Shown: positions 30,051 through 43,829 of the stretch, piece by piece
Layout of the letters: each line of letters starts with the position of its first letter
How positions within the stretch are numbered: position 1 is the stretch's first letter
Assembly: GCF_009914755.1 (NCBI RefSeq)
Contig: NC_060927.1
Strand: one strand, 5' to 3'
DNA: 64,000 nt
Source of the DNA: the human T2T-CHM13v2.0 reference genome, Homo sapiens
Program-made: the position numbers and the translations under genes
Notes under the pieces: generated by a model
Told to the model about the DNA's origin: nothing
Seen by the model: only the letters and a program-made list of their open reading frames with translations
The model's database searches: none

Positions 30051-31302
30051 TAACAAGGAATAAAAAACAGAATAGCTTTGGGATAGAAGTTCATTTCACA
30101 AAGCTGGTAATCTGTAAGTAGATATCACTATAGCATTATTATGATATGCAGAAATTAAAGTATATTCCAAAGTATCTTCCAAAACAGCATCATCCAGTTA
30201 AACTAAAACTCTTTCCTTCCTATTTGTAACCATGTAAAGTTATCATCACAACACAGTACGAGCAAGAAAATAGCTTGCACGAAAATGAAGCAAATATTTC
30301 AAAGGAAGCATGAATTAGATCAAGATGGTCAAGATGGGAGATTAAATACATGGTTTTGCCTAAAATTTTTAAAAAATTACACAAAGTAGCAAAATAAATT
30401 TGTTTGAGTGAAAATAGCTCCATCTATACAGTGTTTAAAAAAGGATTATGTGAGTATTGGAGGGGAATTCTCCCAGCTGCTTAGCCACTGTGACCATCTC
30501 TTCTAATATACATGACTGGTGAAAGTTGGGTGATTTGCCTAATTCTAGCACCATTTTCATTGTCTAGCGGGCCTTCCTCCAAAGACAAAAATTCCTCTTT
30601 GTTCCTGCCCTGAACAGGTACCATGGCATCCTCAATAGCTAGTGCACTGGACTACAAAGAAAACTCTCCCTAGGTGGTGAGTAGAGGAAGAGAGCTGCAG
30701 TTGAGGGAAATTTATAAACGGAATTTCTAAGGGATATAATTGGGGTAGGGAGCACTCAACAAGCCATGGAAGGATAATTCCTTTTTTAAAAAAGTTATTA
30801 TTATTAGAGCTCCTGAGGCTTTGACCCAAGGATTGGCCCTTGAAAGAAAGCATGTGTTTCCTTTTCTTCCTTCAACATGACCACTCTTCTCCATCCAGTC
30901 CCTGATGTGGGCAGCATAACTAAGTCATTATTCTAAATTCTGACCCACAGCTTTAAATCTAGTGAAAAAGCTCCTTGATCCTGGTAATCTGTCTAGTTTG
31001 GGGCATGGATTGGAAGGTGGTACATTACTGGGAATATGTGAAAGGTTGAATCAGAGACTACATACTAGATGTCATTGGACACTTGGAACAGAACCCCGCC
31101 TAACTTTTTAATGAAATGTGGTCCACCTGACTGCTTCTGCCTCCAGCTTTTTATGACTGAGTCATTTGAATGCTTTCCTACCTGATGTCTTCCAAGAGAG
31201 GTCTTCCTTCCATACACTTAAGGGTACATGAACTGTGTTCATCTACATGTTTTTGGAAAAATCTAAACCATCTGGTAAACACATCTAGGTTTCTTTAGTT
31301 AA

Positions 31303-31606
<304 letters not shown>

Positions 31607-31624
31607 TAATTATTTTCTCAACTT

Positions 31625-32030
31625 TTGGTTTTTAAAGAATTAAATGATAATTTATATATAATAAAATGCACAAATACAAGTGTACAGTTTGATTAGTTTT
31701 CACGTGTTTACATCCCCATTGACCCAGCAAGTTCCCTTATGCCCCCCGACCCCCCATTAGAGGCAACTACTGTTCTGATTTCTGTTACCATAGACAAGTT
31801 TGATCTCTTCTTGAACACTATATAAATGGCTACTCTTTTGTGTCTGGCTTTTAAAAATTCAGCATAATTTCTCTGAGATTTGCCCTTGTTTCTGCATGTA
31901 TCAGCACATTCCTTTTTATTGCTGAGTGGTATTCCATTGCATGAACATTCTTGTCCTTTTGAGCACAATTGTTTCGATTTTTCTTCAGTAAATATCTAGG
32001 TTTGGAACTGTTGGATAATGGAGAACATGT
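31625..32030 (-). mobile_element. Old L1M 3' end
   Basis: 'taaaatgcacaaatacaagtgtacagtttgat' and 'aggcaactactgttctgatttct...ttgctgagtggtattccattg'. Confidence 0.75.
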
Positions 32031-32262
32031 AGTAAAATCACTTCTTGTTCTGCAGGAAAGATGAGTGTCAATTATAGTAATTTAATAGGTACAGATATTG
32101 AAAATCATATGTTACAGAAACCTTAACCCCTTCTCAGAATCAAATTTAACTGTGATCTGTTCAACAGGAATATTAGCTATGTAAAGAGGCCAAACAACCA
32201 CTTTGGGACAGCCAAGCAGAAGTGTCTAAAAAACTGATGACATATTGGTCTCCATTTCAGTA

Positions 32263-32442
32263 GCAGAGCAGGTATGACAGATGTGTGACCTGTGCAGTCA
32301 CACTGGGCCTATGCTCGGAAGGCCCCCCATGCTTGGCTTAACATTCCACTGTCACCACTTTGAAATTTGTAATAACTTTTGAACAAGGAACCACACATTT
32401 TTATTTTGCACTGAATACCAACATATTCTGCATCTGGTCCTG
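32263..32442 (+). mobile_element. MER45A hAT-Tip100 MITE
   Basis: CAG...CTG termini, 'gtgtgacctgtgcagtcacactgggcc' and 'ttttgaacaagg...tttgcactg'. Imperfect 8-bp TSD ttcagtag/cccagtaa. Confidence 0.75.
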
Positions 32443-32788
32443 CCCAGTAAACTGACCAGTGCCGGGGATGTAAATCTATGAGTAACCAGTATATATGTGG
32501 TTTTAGGAGCCAATGGAGTCAGTGAGTTTACATACAAAGAGGGTGCGGAGTGAGAAGAGAAGAATCTAGGGGCATTCTTGGAGGAAAGAAACCACCATTT
32601 AAAGGATGAGTCAAAGGACCACATAAAGGAGACGGGTAGTAATACACAGAGATATCAATGGAGAAAGAAGCCATGTACACAGCATCAAGGCAGGTACAGG
32701 CACATGCAGAAAGGAGAACAAGCTGCAGACACCAGAGAAAGTTACCAGCAGCACATTACTCTTTCTGAATTCTCTGGACCTGTCTATG

Positions 32789-33220
32789 TGTCAAAAGACA
32801 AAATTACAACAAATTTGGAGATCTTAATTGGCTTTTGTTTGTGATTCTAGAATCAGGCAACATCTCATTCTATAAAATAGAATGAATGTTAGAGGAGCTG
32901 AACAGAGAAGGTTGGTTTTGTAGACAGAAAAGGGCTAAGGAAGGCGGAAGCAGAAAACAAAAAGCAGGCTGGTCACTTCAAAGTGACTTTTCCTTGTAAC
33001 GGGTAAAGCAGAGCGGGCTTCCCTATCATGCCAGATAAAACTGGCCTGTTTGGGGATTTGGCTTTCTCTCTTTCTCTTCCTCAGAATGTCAGATAAACAA
33101 CTTAGTTTTGGCTTGGTGGCATTGAACTTCAGCAGCAGTAATTCTATTTTGATTTAGTCTGTTGGGCCTGGGGCAGGAGCTCAGTCCAAACTAATGGGCG
33201 CCTAGAAATTGTGTTTAACA
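32789..33220 (-). mobile_element. Intact ERV1 solo LTR (MER72/LTR47-like)
   Basis: tgtcaaaagacaaaa ... gcaggagctcagtccaaac ... tttaaca. Same family as the split copy at 50262-50758 and 51565-51847. Confidence 0.8.
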
Positions 33221-33599
33221 ATGTGGAGACTTCTATCAAAAACATATAAGGCACTTTTCTCTGATTTTCCTCCCTCTCATCCCCTTTCCCAGGACCCATA
33301 TGCCCCTTCTACCCTCCTGTCTTTCCTTTAGAGAGCTCAACTGTGAAGTAGTCACACAAAGTTCTGGCATTTGTGGTTATTCCTCTAAACTCCATTTTGA
33401 ATAGCGGCAGCACGTCTTGATGGTCCAACCCAGAGGGGATGCAGGGGTGGGGAGGGCTGAGAGGTGACAGCTTTAGGTTCTTTAGATTCTTGAGAGTGAT
33501 ATCTACAAGGTGAACAAATCTTTCTCTGTTTATCTTGGCCTCTTCTGATGTCACACTTTAAGCATTATTATGGTAACATTTCCTTTTTTTAATGTAAAG

Positions 33600-33695
33600 T
33601 TTTATTTTTTCTAAATTTTATTAGAAATGCTATGTTTCCCAGGCTGGTCTCAAACTCCTGGCCTCAGCCATCCTCTCATCTCAGCCTCCCAAGTC
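33600..33695 (-). mobile_element. Alu/FLAM fragment
   Basis: 'ctatgtttcccaggctggtctcaaactcctggcctcag...ctcagcctcccaagt'. Confidence 0.75.
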
Positions 33696-34404
33696 GCTAT
33701 TATGGTAATCATGTTTCTATCTCCTTAAGATACACCTTTTCTCCAGACCAGCAAGATAGTGGGAGGAGAAAAAGGATAAAGGAAAAGGAAATCCCTATTT
33801 ATCATATAAATCAAAGGAAGAGTGAGCATTAAAAGAAGGTGCTGGCAACCTGTGAGTCAATAGTAATATAAGGTCTAGAAAAGTATCCATCAGACTCTTC
33901 AATGTCACCGTCAAGACTGACTGCTTTCCAGTTATCATGGAATAGATTGAATAAGACCAAGACTGGCCAGATTGTTTTTGTAAATTTACTGAAAGGCACA
34001 ATGCAGATGCTGAGGCTAGCAGGACTTCAGGGCAGGGTTCCAAAGAAGAGAAACCCTGGAGAGGTGGGCCAGCATTCTGCAGTTGCTCTTGCCTTGGGTC
34101 ATTTGCCATTTCTAGGTCAGGAACATGATCCTGGGACTCTGAGTAGCTACCTTGGCAGACAGTTACTGTTATCAGCAGAGAAGCCAAAACATTTTGGGGA
34201 AGTCTTGCAGAGCTAAAGAGACAAAAATTAGAGACATAGAGGGTTCAGTTTGTCACAGAATAAGAGGCTGTGGAAGGAGATAAGATAAAAACAGTGAATA
34301 TTCAGTACGTTTTCAAGAAACTTGGCTGTCAAGGAGAGAGCAGAGACTGGTAGTAGCTTGAAGGGCATTCAGGAAAAAAATAAAGATGTAAAAGTGAGAG
34401 CCCT

Positions 34405-36290
34405 AGGGACTCAGACTAACTGATTTCAAGACTCACTATAAAGCCATGGTACTCAAGACAGTGTAGTATTGGTGAGAGAACATTAGAATAGACAAGAGTC
34501 CAGAAATAGACATGTGAACATATTCTACTGATTTTTGCAAAGATTCAAAAATAACTCAATGGAGAAAGGGCAATCATTTCAACAAATAATGCTGGAGCAA
34601 TTGAACATCCATATGCAAAAAAGTAAACCTGATCCATATCTTGCACAACATAGAAAACTTAACTTGAAAGGCCTGGATATAAAACCTAAAACAAACTTAA
34701 CAAAATCCAGAATGTTTTGTCATTTTGTGTGAGGCAAAGATTTCTTAGGATATAAAAATCACAAACCTTATGGTTTTATGAAAAAATTAATAAATTGGAC
34801 TTGATCAAAATTTTAAAAGATTTGAAGACACTTCACCCAGAGGATAAATAATGACAAATTAGCTCATGAAAATGGGTTCAAAATTATTAATCATTATGAA
34901 ATAAAAAAATAAAACTACAAAGAGATACCACTACATCTCCTTTAGAGGAGACTAAAATAAAAAATGCTGACATACTAAAAACTACTGAATCCTATACTTT
35001 AAAAGAGTACCTTTTATGGTATGTGAATTACATCTTAATAAAACTGTTACTTTAAAAAACCAATAGCATCAAGTGTTGGCATGGATACAGAGCAACAAGA
35101 ATCCTCATACATTGCTGGTGCAAGTACTAAATGTCACAACTACTTCAGAAAACAGTTTGGCAGTTTCTTAAAAAAGTAAACATAGACTTAGCATATAACC
35201 CAGTAATCCCACTCCTAGGTATTAATCCAAGATAAATAAAAGCACATGTTCCCACATAAAAACTGCATGCTAATGTTTATGGTGGCTTGTTGTGATAGGC
35301 ACACAACAAATGGCTCTCCAAAGATGTTCATGCCCTAATCCCCAGAATCTGTGAATACAATACATTATATTGCAAAAGGGACTTCGCAGATGTGATGAAA
35401 GTTACAGACCTTGAGATAAGTGATTATCCTGAATTATTCCTCTGGGCCCAATCTAATCACATGAGTTCTTAAAAGTAGAGAACTTTATCTGGCTAGGATA
35501 GAGTGATGAGACTAAAGAAGATGGAGGAAGCATGAGAGGGAATTGACCAGCTATTGCTGGTTTTGAAGATCAAGAAGAAGACCATGAGCTGGGAATAGCC
35601 TTCACCAATCAGCTAGCAAAGATATAAGGATCTCAGAGCCACAGCCACAGGGAATTCTGCCAACCTAATGAGCAGAAAGGGATTCTCCCCTGGAGCCTGC
35701 AGAAAGGGACACTGCCTTCTGATACCCTGATTTTAGTGCAGCAAGACTACCAGACCTCTGAATCACAGAACTGTAAAATAATATGTTTGTATTGTTTTAA
35801 GCCACTAAGTTTGTTCTTTAACTAAGTTGTAGAAACTGATACATAGTTTTATTCATAAATACTCCAAAGTAAAAATTGGTCAAATATTCATCAATATTCA
35901 TTTCCACACTCATATAGTGGAATACTACTCATATAATAAAAAAGAACAAATTGTTGATACATAAAACAACATGGATGAACTTTAAATGCATGCTGCTAGT
36001 GAAAGAAGCCAGACTCAAAAGGCTGCATACTATATGACTCCATTTCAGTGACATTCTAGAAAAGGTGTACTATGGGAATAGAGATCAGATCAGTGGTTAC
36101 CAGGGCTGGGGGTCAGGGGTTGACTGCAAAGGGGCATGAGGGAACTTTTTGGTGTGAAGGAACTGTTCTATATCATGAGTTTGGTGGTGGTTTCATGATG
36201 GCATGCATTGTTAGAACTCCTCAAGGTGTACACTTAAAAGGGTGGTGATTTTTGTTGAATAAATTATATTTAAATAAATCTGGATTTTTT
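34405..36290 (+). mobile_element. Old L1 (L1MC/MD/ME-type) ORF2 end and 3' UTR, split by an MLT1 LTR
   Basis: ORF 34535-34732 and flanks are degenerate ORF2. The 3' UTR includes 'gaaagaagccagactcaaaaggctgcatactatatgactccattt'. Confidence 0.8.
35291..35843 (+). mobile_element. MLT1D/E-type MaLR LTR
   Basis: tgtg...aaagatgttcatgccctaatccccagaatctgtgaata ... ttttaagccactaagtttg ... aaactgataca. Confidence 0.8.
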
Positions 36291-36576
36291 GAAAAAGTGA
36301 GGGACTTAAATGATTTTTATGTCAAAAGGGAAGATGCAGGAGACATGGGAAGATTGATGATCCAGGTAAGGTTCTTTGACACTAAGGACCTTAAAGAGAC
36401 AAACAAAGGGATAAACACATCTCCCTTTTCCCTTTCTGAAATTCTATCCTTTTTTTTTTTTCTTAAACAAACATTTTCTGGAAAATTGCTATTACCAAGT
36501 CATGATGGTGGGTATTGGAGATTCAGAGAGGAAAAAGAAATGAAACTAAATAAATGACAATATAACATATTCTCCC

Positions 36577-37052
36577 TGAGATGGAGGAGGAATCCTTTTA
36601 GGGGCCTCCCAGACTCCCTCAGGTATGGAAATAAATGAAAATATTGAGTTTCTTCGACAGAAATTCCAGGCACCCAGGTAGCCCTGAGAAGTAAATGAGC
36701 AACCTGATAAATAAGAAGGTAATAGTAGCTTAAAACACTAGCTAAGGAAGTTAGAGCCATAAGATGTTTGGTTCCCTATAGAAGCCAAAGATAACATTTT
36801 ACCATATGTTTCTGAGTTGTTTTTCAGAAACCCAGACACCCTCCATATGGATCCACTGTTCTGAAGACCTCAGATAAGGGGGAACTGAAGACTGAATTCT
36901 GACCACTTTGTCCTTTGTTCTGAAGTTCTTCCTGAGGGTCCTGGAAAAAGACATGCCCATGGGCTAGACCTTAACATTCCTTTCTGCCAACCCTAAGTTT
37001 TTAGACAAAGCTTCACCTCCTTAACCAATTGCAAATCAGAGAGTCTTTGAAC
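36577..37052 (+). mobile_element. MER39-like ERV1 LTR, 3'-truncated
   Basis: Starts 'tgagatggaggaggaatccttttaggggcct'. Homologous to the reverse complement of 17639-18387 but stops before its 3' third. Confidence 0.72.
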
Positions 37053-37055
37053 CAG

Positions 37056-38751
37056 ATTCTGCTCCTCCCAAATCTCATGTCTTTCTCACATTTCAAAACA
37101 CAATTATGCCTTCCCAATAGTCCACCAAAGTCTTAATTCATTCCAGCATTAACTTAAAAGTCCAAGTCCAAAGTCTCATCTGAGATGAGGCAAATCTCTC
37201 CTGCCTCTGAGTCTGTAAAATAAAAAAAAATGAGTTAGTTACTTCCAAAATCTAATGGGGGTACAGGCATTAGGTAAATGTTCCCATTCCAAAAGGGAGA
37301 AATTGGCCAAAACAAAGGGGCTAAAGGCCCCCATGCAAGTCTGAAACCTGGCAAGGCAATCATTAAATTTGAAAGCTCCAAAATAATCTCCTTTGACTTC
37401 ATGTCTCATATCCAGGACACTGATGCAAGGGATAGGCTTTCAAGGCCTTGGGCAGCTCCACCCCTGTGGCTCTTCAGGGCTCAGCTCCCATGGCTGCTCT
37501 CAAGGGCTGGTGTTGAGTGTCTGTGGATTTTCCAGGTACACACAAGCTGTCAGTGGATGTACTATTCTGGGGTCTGGAGGATGGTGGCCCTCTTCTCACA
37601 GCTCCACTACACAGTGCCCCAGTGGGGACTCTGTGTAGGGGCTCCAACCGCACATTTCCCCTCTGCACTGTCCTAGCAGAAGTTTTCCATGAGGACTCTG
37701 CCCCTAAAGCTGAATTCTGTCTGGACATCCAGGCATTTTCATACATCCTCTGAAATCTAGGCAGAGGCTCCCGAGCCTCAACTCTTGCCCTCTGTACACA
37801 CACAGGCTTAACACCACATGGAAGCCTTGGTATTCCAGCTTGCACCCTCTGGAGCAGTGGCCTGAGATGTATCTGGGGCCCTTTTAGCCATGGCTGGAGC
37901 TGGAGTGGCTAGGATGCAGTGTTCCATGTTCTGAGACTGCACAGAGCAGCAGGGCCCTGGGCCTGGCCCATGAAACCATTTTTTGCTCCTAGGCCTCCAG
38001 GCCAGTGATGGGAGGGGCTGCCACGAAGGTCTCTGAAATGCCTTGGAGGTGTTTTCCCCACTGTCTTGGCTATTAACATTCAGCTCCCTTTTATGTATGC
38101 ACATTTATGCAGCTGGCTTGAATTCCTCCCCAGAAAATGGGTTTTTGTTTTCTACCACATGGGCAGGCTGCAAATTTGTCAAGCTTTTATGCTCTGCTTC
38201 CCTTTTTAAAATATAAGTTCCAGTTTCAGGTATTCTTTTTGTTCATGCATATGAGCATACACTGTTATAAGCAGCCAGGCCACATCTTGAATGCTTTGTT
38301 GCTTAGAAATGTCTTTCACCTCCAGCCTGGGTGACAGAGCAAGACTCCATCTCAAAAAAAAAAAAAAAAAGAAAAAAGAAATGTCTTCCACTAGATAGCC
38401 TAAATCATCTCTCTCAAGTTCAAAGTTCCACAGATTTCTAGAGCAGGAGCCAAGTGCTGCCAGTCTCTTTGCTAAAGCATAGCAAGAGTGACCCTTACTC
38501 CAGTTCTCAATAAATTCCTCATCTCCACTTGGCACCACCTCAGGCTAGACTTCATTGTTCATATCACTATCAGCATTTTGGTCATGACAGTTTAACAAAT
38601 CTCTAGGAAGTTCCAAACTTTCCCACATCTTCCTGTCTTCTTTTGAGCTCTCCAAACTGTTCCAACCTCTGCCCATTACTTAGTTCTAAAGTCACTTCCA
38701 CATTTTCAGGTATCTTTACAGCAATGCCCCACCTCTCTGGTACCAGTTTTC
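37056..38751 (-). mobile_element. MaLR internal sequence (MSTA/THE1D-int)
   Basis: 'cccaaatctcatgtc...aaagtccaagtccaaagtctcatctgaga' and 'gggcagctccacccctgtggct'. Abuts the LTR at 38752. Confidence 0.88.
38320..38376 (+). mobile_element. Extremely 5'-truncated Alu (about 34 nt plus A tail)
   Basis: 'ctccagcctgggtgacagagcaagactccatctc' plus poly(A). 15-bp TSD agaaatgtctt(t/c)cac at 38305-38319 and 38377-38391. Confidence 0.9.
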
Positions 38752-39430
<679 letters not shown>

Positions 39431-39463
39431 GAAGGTCTTAAGTCATCATCTACGGCAGGTGCT

Positions 39464-39930
39464 TGTGTTGGCCGGCCTATATTGCCCAAATACTCACCAC
39501 CTCAGTGTATGCCCATAAGATTTGTAACTGGCAGCACCTGTCTTTGCTGAGAGCTTTTTCTGGTCTCCAGAATCCACTTTGTCTGCCTACAGGAGGTGAG
39601 CCAGAAGCACTGGGGCTTTAATACCCCCAGGAGCAGCCGTCAATCCATGATTGACAGGAACTGGTACAGAAACATCCTATAACCCCTTTGTTTTCAAGTA
39701 GAGTAAATCTTAGGCCTGAGTTCTACACTGGCTCCCAGTGTTCCTGGTGGGATTAAGCTTCGGGTACCCATAGTGGTAACTTGCTTGATGGTACATCCTT
39801 GCCTGTCTGCTTTCCCTTCCCTGTCTCACCTCCCCACTACCCTACGGGTGTTTTCTTCACCTCCCAATTAAACCACTTGCTCTTCAAGTTCTGTGTCAGG
39901 GTTTGCTTCTGCAAAAAGCCAAACGAAAAC
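39464..39930 (+). mobile_element. LTR16-type ERVL LTR
   Basis: 'ttttcttcacctcccaattaaaccacttgc...gtcagggtttgcttctg' 3' end. Confidence 0.6.
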
Positions 39931-39974
39931 TCTCCCATATACAAATCCAAAGCAGATTATTGTCCTTCAAATTA

Positions 39975-40180
39975 TTGTTTGTTTCCTTTAGAGCACTTAT
40001 CTCAATATAAGATTATTGTATGTGTTTGTTTATTGTCTATCTCCCAAACAAGGTTAAACTCCATGAGTTTAGCCCGCATCTATATTCCTCCAGGCAATGT
40101 CCTCAGAACAACTGGCAAACCTTTGCACAAAGCAGGAACTCAATAAATGATTGTCAATTAGGTGAATAAATGAGTGAATT
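39975..40180 (+). mobile_element. L2 3' end
   Basis: 'tttgtttattgtctatctccc...aactccatgag...ctcaataaatgattg...gaataaatgagtgaa'. Confidence 0.65.
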
Positions 40181-40613
40181 CTAAGGAAATTGATTCAAAA
40201 CTAACATATGTACAGCCTATTTACTGAATTGTGTTTCAAGGAATACACACACACACACAAGTGTGTACAAGCTTATCTGATATGCAAGAATATCCTCCAG
40301 TCAAAACTGGAAGCTGAGGCTGACTGATTCTAGAGCATGTGCTCTAAACACCATAGTGACATTTTTTTCATTTGAAAAACAAAGTCATTTCCGTATGTTA
40401 TTCCTACCACAGAGGTTTGTTGGAAGCATTGCATTACTGTGTATGTGACATGGCTTTTAAAAGCATAAAACAATCCCACCTCTGGCAGATACTGTTCACA
40501 TCCATGCATGTGAGAATGGAAGTACATGACCCATGTCCTTGTCAAAGGTCAAGGGCATCCCCAAGGACATGACACCTGCAACCACAATCAGCTTTCTTAC
40601 ATAGATCCCTATT

Positions 40614-40750
40614 TATATTAGTAAAATACAGTGTTGCCCCATGTGTACATTTCTGTAGATAGAGCTAAAATATATTTTTTTCCTAACTGCTAGAACAAAG
40701 ATTTTCTTAAATGAGGAAACCATATAATATCTTCAGTTGCTGTGATTTAG
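40614..40750. repeat. Copy 1 of a dispersed ~135-bp direct duplication (copy 2 at 43086-43216)
   Basis: tatattagtaaaata.agtgttgcc.catgtgtac.t.tctgtagataga...aactgctagaa...ttgct.tgattt shared by both sites. Confidence 0.8.
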
Positions 40751-40981
40751 TCAGTGAGATGATTTTAGGATGCCAGTGAGGTGATTTTGAAAGTCATACT
40801 GTTTAAAGACAAATTTGGGTACTGTGAAAGCAAATATGGAGCAAGCTGCGATATGAAGTCACAAGCATGGATGGATGAAACTTGCAGAGGTGTCAAGAGA
40901 AAAAGCCCATCTCAGACCACTGGCTGGCTGGCTTCCAGCTTGGCTCTCTAGGTTCTTCTTTCCTTTCAGGATTCCAAATAA

Positions 40982-41373
<392 letters not shown>

Positions 41374-41383
41374 TAAGTGGCTC

Positions 41384-41824
41384 TCTTAAGTTGGGTTTGT
41401 CAAGAGCAGAGTCTGAGACAGGGATGCATGTACACAGTATTTACTAAGAATGTGCTCATGGGAAATTTGAGAGGAAAAGAGACAATGAAGATAAAGTGGG
41501 GGAAGGAGCTGAGCAGGAATATGATCACAGCTGGAGCTGAGCTTCAACCTGCTCCCATGGGGCTTGGGATATAAATTGTACCGTAATGTTGGCCCCACTT
41601 TGAGACAAGAAGCCAGCCAATTTGAACTGCTGTGTCAGTCCGTCATTGCCTTTGACTGCCTTGGGGGCAGAGGGTTGTAAGCTCCTGGCAAGGCCCTCTG
41701 GCTAAGGACATCATTTGGAGAAAGGACAGTTGTGTGCCATTAGCAGCCCATACTCACAGGACCTGGGAAATGGAGGACCAGCTGAGTAATGGGATCTGAG
41801 CAAGTACCACAAAGAGCCACAACA
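41384..41824 (-). mobile_element. Old ERVL LTR (LTR16-like)
   Basis: 'cttaagttgggttt...agcagagtctgagacaggga'. Resembles the 28548-29019 element. Confidence 0.55.
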
Positions 41825-42099
41825 GTGGGTTATGAAGTCATTTTGTAAGACAGAGGCATTGGAGGTGACTGCGATCTTGGCACTTCCAATGTGCTCATTT
41901 GGAATTACACACCTGCACCTCCCCCGCCCCCCCACACACACCTTTTACATGCCTGTTGATGACTGGATTTAAAGCAATGATTATTTTACTTCTCTCTCTA
42001 GGGAGAATCCTCAGCCATCTTTCCCCTACACCAACTTCCATAATCATGCATTTTTCATTCATATCAAAGACAAACAAAAACTTAGGTCTTAACACATCC

Positions 42100-42580
42100 C
42101 ATCATAGCTAATGTCAGGTGAGTGCTTTCTATATGCCAGCCACTGATCTAAGATCTCTATATGTGTTACCCTACTTAGCTCTTATACAAATGGGGGAGGT
42201 GTTACTAGTATCAATGTAAACTGCTCTGGAGCATAGAAAAAAGAAATTATACTTTCAAACTCTTTTTTTGATGCCAATATTACTCATATAACAAAGCCTG
42301 ACAAGGAAGGAAGGAAGGAAGACAGGCAAGCTTTAAACCAATCTTGTTTATAAATAGCGACAGGCAAGAACAATGTAAGAACACTTATTATCACTATAAT
42401 TACATAAAAATATATTTAATATAGCTAATACCCCATATAATGAAATGAGATAAAGAACAACAGGTATAAATATTGGACTACTAGAAAGACATAGACAAAA
42501 ATATTAGTATGTGTGGATGATACAATATTCTCATCCATGAACCTATCTAATAATATACAATATTATACCCAAGAATCTAA
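42100..42580. mobile_element. MIR fragment (-) followed by highly degenerate L1 ORF2 fragment (+)
   Basis: 'gagtgctttctatatgccagccactg' then 'tttcaaactctttttttgatgccaatattactcat..caaagcctgacaagg'. Confidence 0.5.
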
Positions 42581-43085
42581 GCGGTCCATTGTATTTTAAA
42601 ACTCAGTGACCATATTTTTTCCTCCAAGGCATTTTTCTCTGATGTAGAATATCACTGAGTGTATAAAGATGCATCTTAGAAAAAGTCAAATTCGTAAGAA
42701 TTTGTTCTGATACCTCAGATTGGTCTGCTTTCTTTTAATTGCTAACCCTTTTTTACATGTGGTTTTTCTCAGTTTGTTTATTCACCAAAAGGACCCATCT
42801 AGGTGTGTCCAATATTGACAGTTGAGAAAATTCTGCCATGACTCAGGTGGGACCATGTTGTCACATTTAGTTCCAGAGATAAACTTTATATTTACAGTGG
42901 CTTAATATTGTTGTATTGGGGTCTTTGGGGGCTAAACAGTGAAGAAAGGAAGGCATCAGCTCAAAAGCTGAATGAAAGAAAAATTGATCAGTATTCTGAA
43001 AGGTGGCTACTCAAACTCAAGTTGACTGGGTTATTCTTCCCTTTTCAAACTATTTCCGTGATGATAGGTATTTTAGGTGAATTTG

Positions 43086-43216
43086 TATATTAGTAAAATA
43101 TAGTGTTGCCACATGTGTACCTCTCTGTAGATAGAACCAAAAAATAATTTTTTGAACTGCTAGAATATTTTTTTAAAAAGGAAGAAATCATACAATGATT
43201 ACTTGCTATGATTTTG
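43086..43216. repeat. Copy 2 of the dispersed duplication
   Basis: Matches 40614-40750. Confidence 0.8.
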
Positions 43217-43589
43217 GTGGTAAAGTCAACTCTCTAATACATTAAATTGTAAAGATTTTAAAGGCAATATGCATCTTAGCTGAGAATCCTAAAGTAGGAA
43301 TACACAGAAGGAGTGTGGGATGGTAAGGAAGCAAATAATCTTGCAAAGTATTTTCAACTCTCAAAAAATAAACTTGAAGCAGTAAGCTGTGCCACAACAG
43401 GAAATATTAGAGCTACACCAAATGCTCATTAAACATATCATCAACTGCTCTGAACAAAGCTGGGATTTACTTTCTGGGAAGCAGTGATATTTCCAGAAAA
43501 TAAAAATGTAAATATCATTTTTACCTATTAACTCTAATTTGAGAATTACAAATTAATTACAAAAAATAGAAAAGATCAGAAGAAAAAGT

Positions 43590-43765
43590 ATCAGAGTGCA
43601 AGTCCATTTTCCTAGTTCTACCACTTGGCTTTGTGAGCCAAGAAAAGTTACTTAACTTTCTGAGCCTAGGCTTTGAAATGGAAGCACTAATAACAATAAT
43701 GTAGTGATAGACTATTGTTAAGGTGAATAAAAGAAAGGAGTAGATATAGTACAGCACCTTTTTGC
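43590..43765 (+). mobile_element. MIR fragment
   Basis: 'ctaccacttggctttgtgagccaagaaaagttacttaactttctgagcct'. Confidence 0.7.
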
Positions 43766-43829
43766 AAGAGAAATAATGAAAGAAGACATTGTACGTGTAC
43801 CTGCTCATTTTTGAAAAAGTACAGACAAG

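Noticed and set aside
37278-38538. Cluster of ORFs of 65-132 aa
   Set aside because: Fragments within degenerate MaLR internal sequence.
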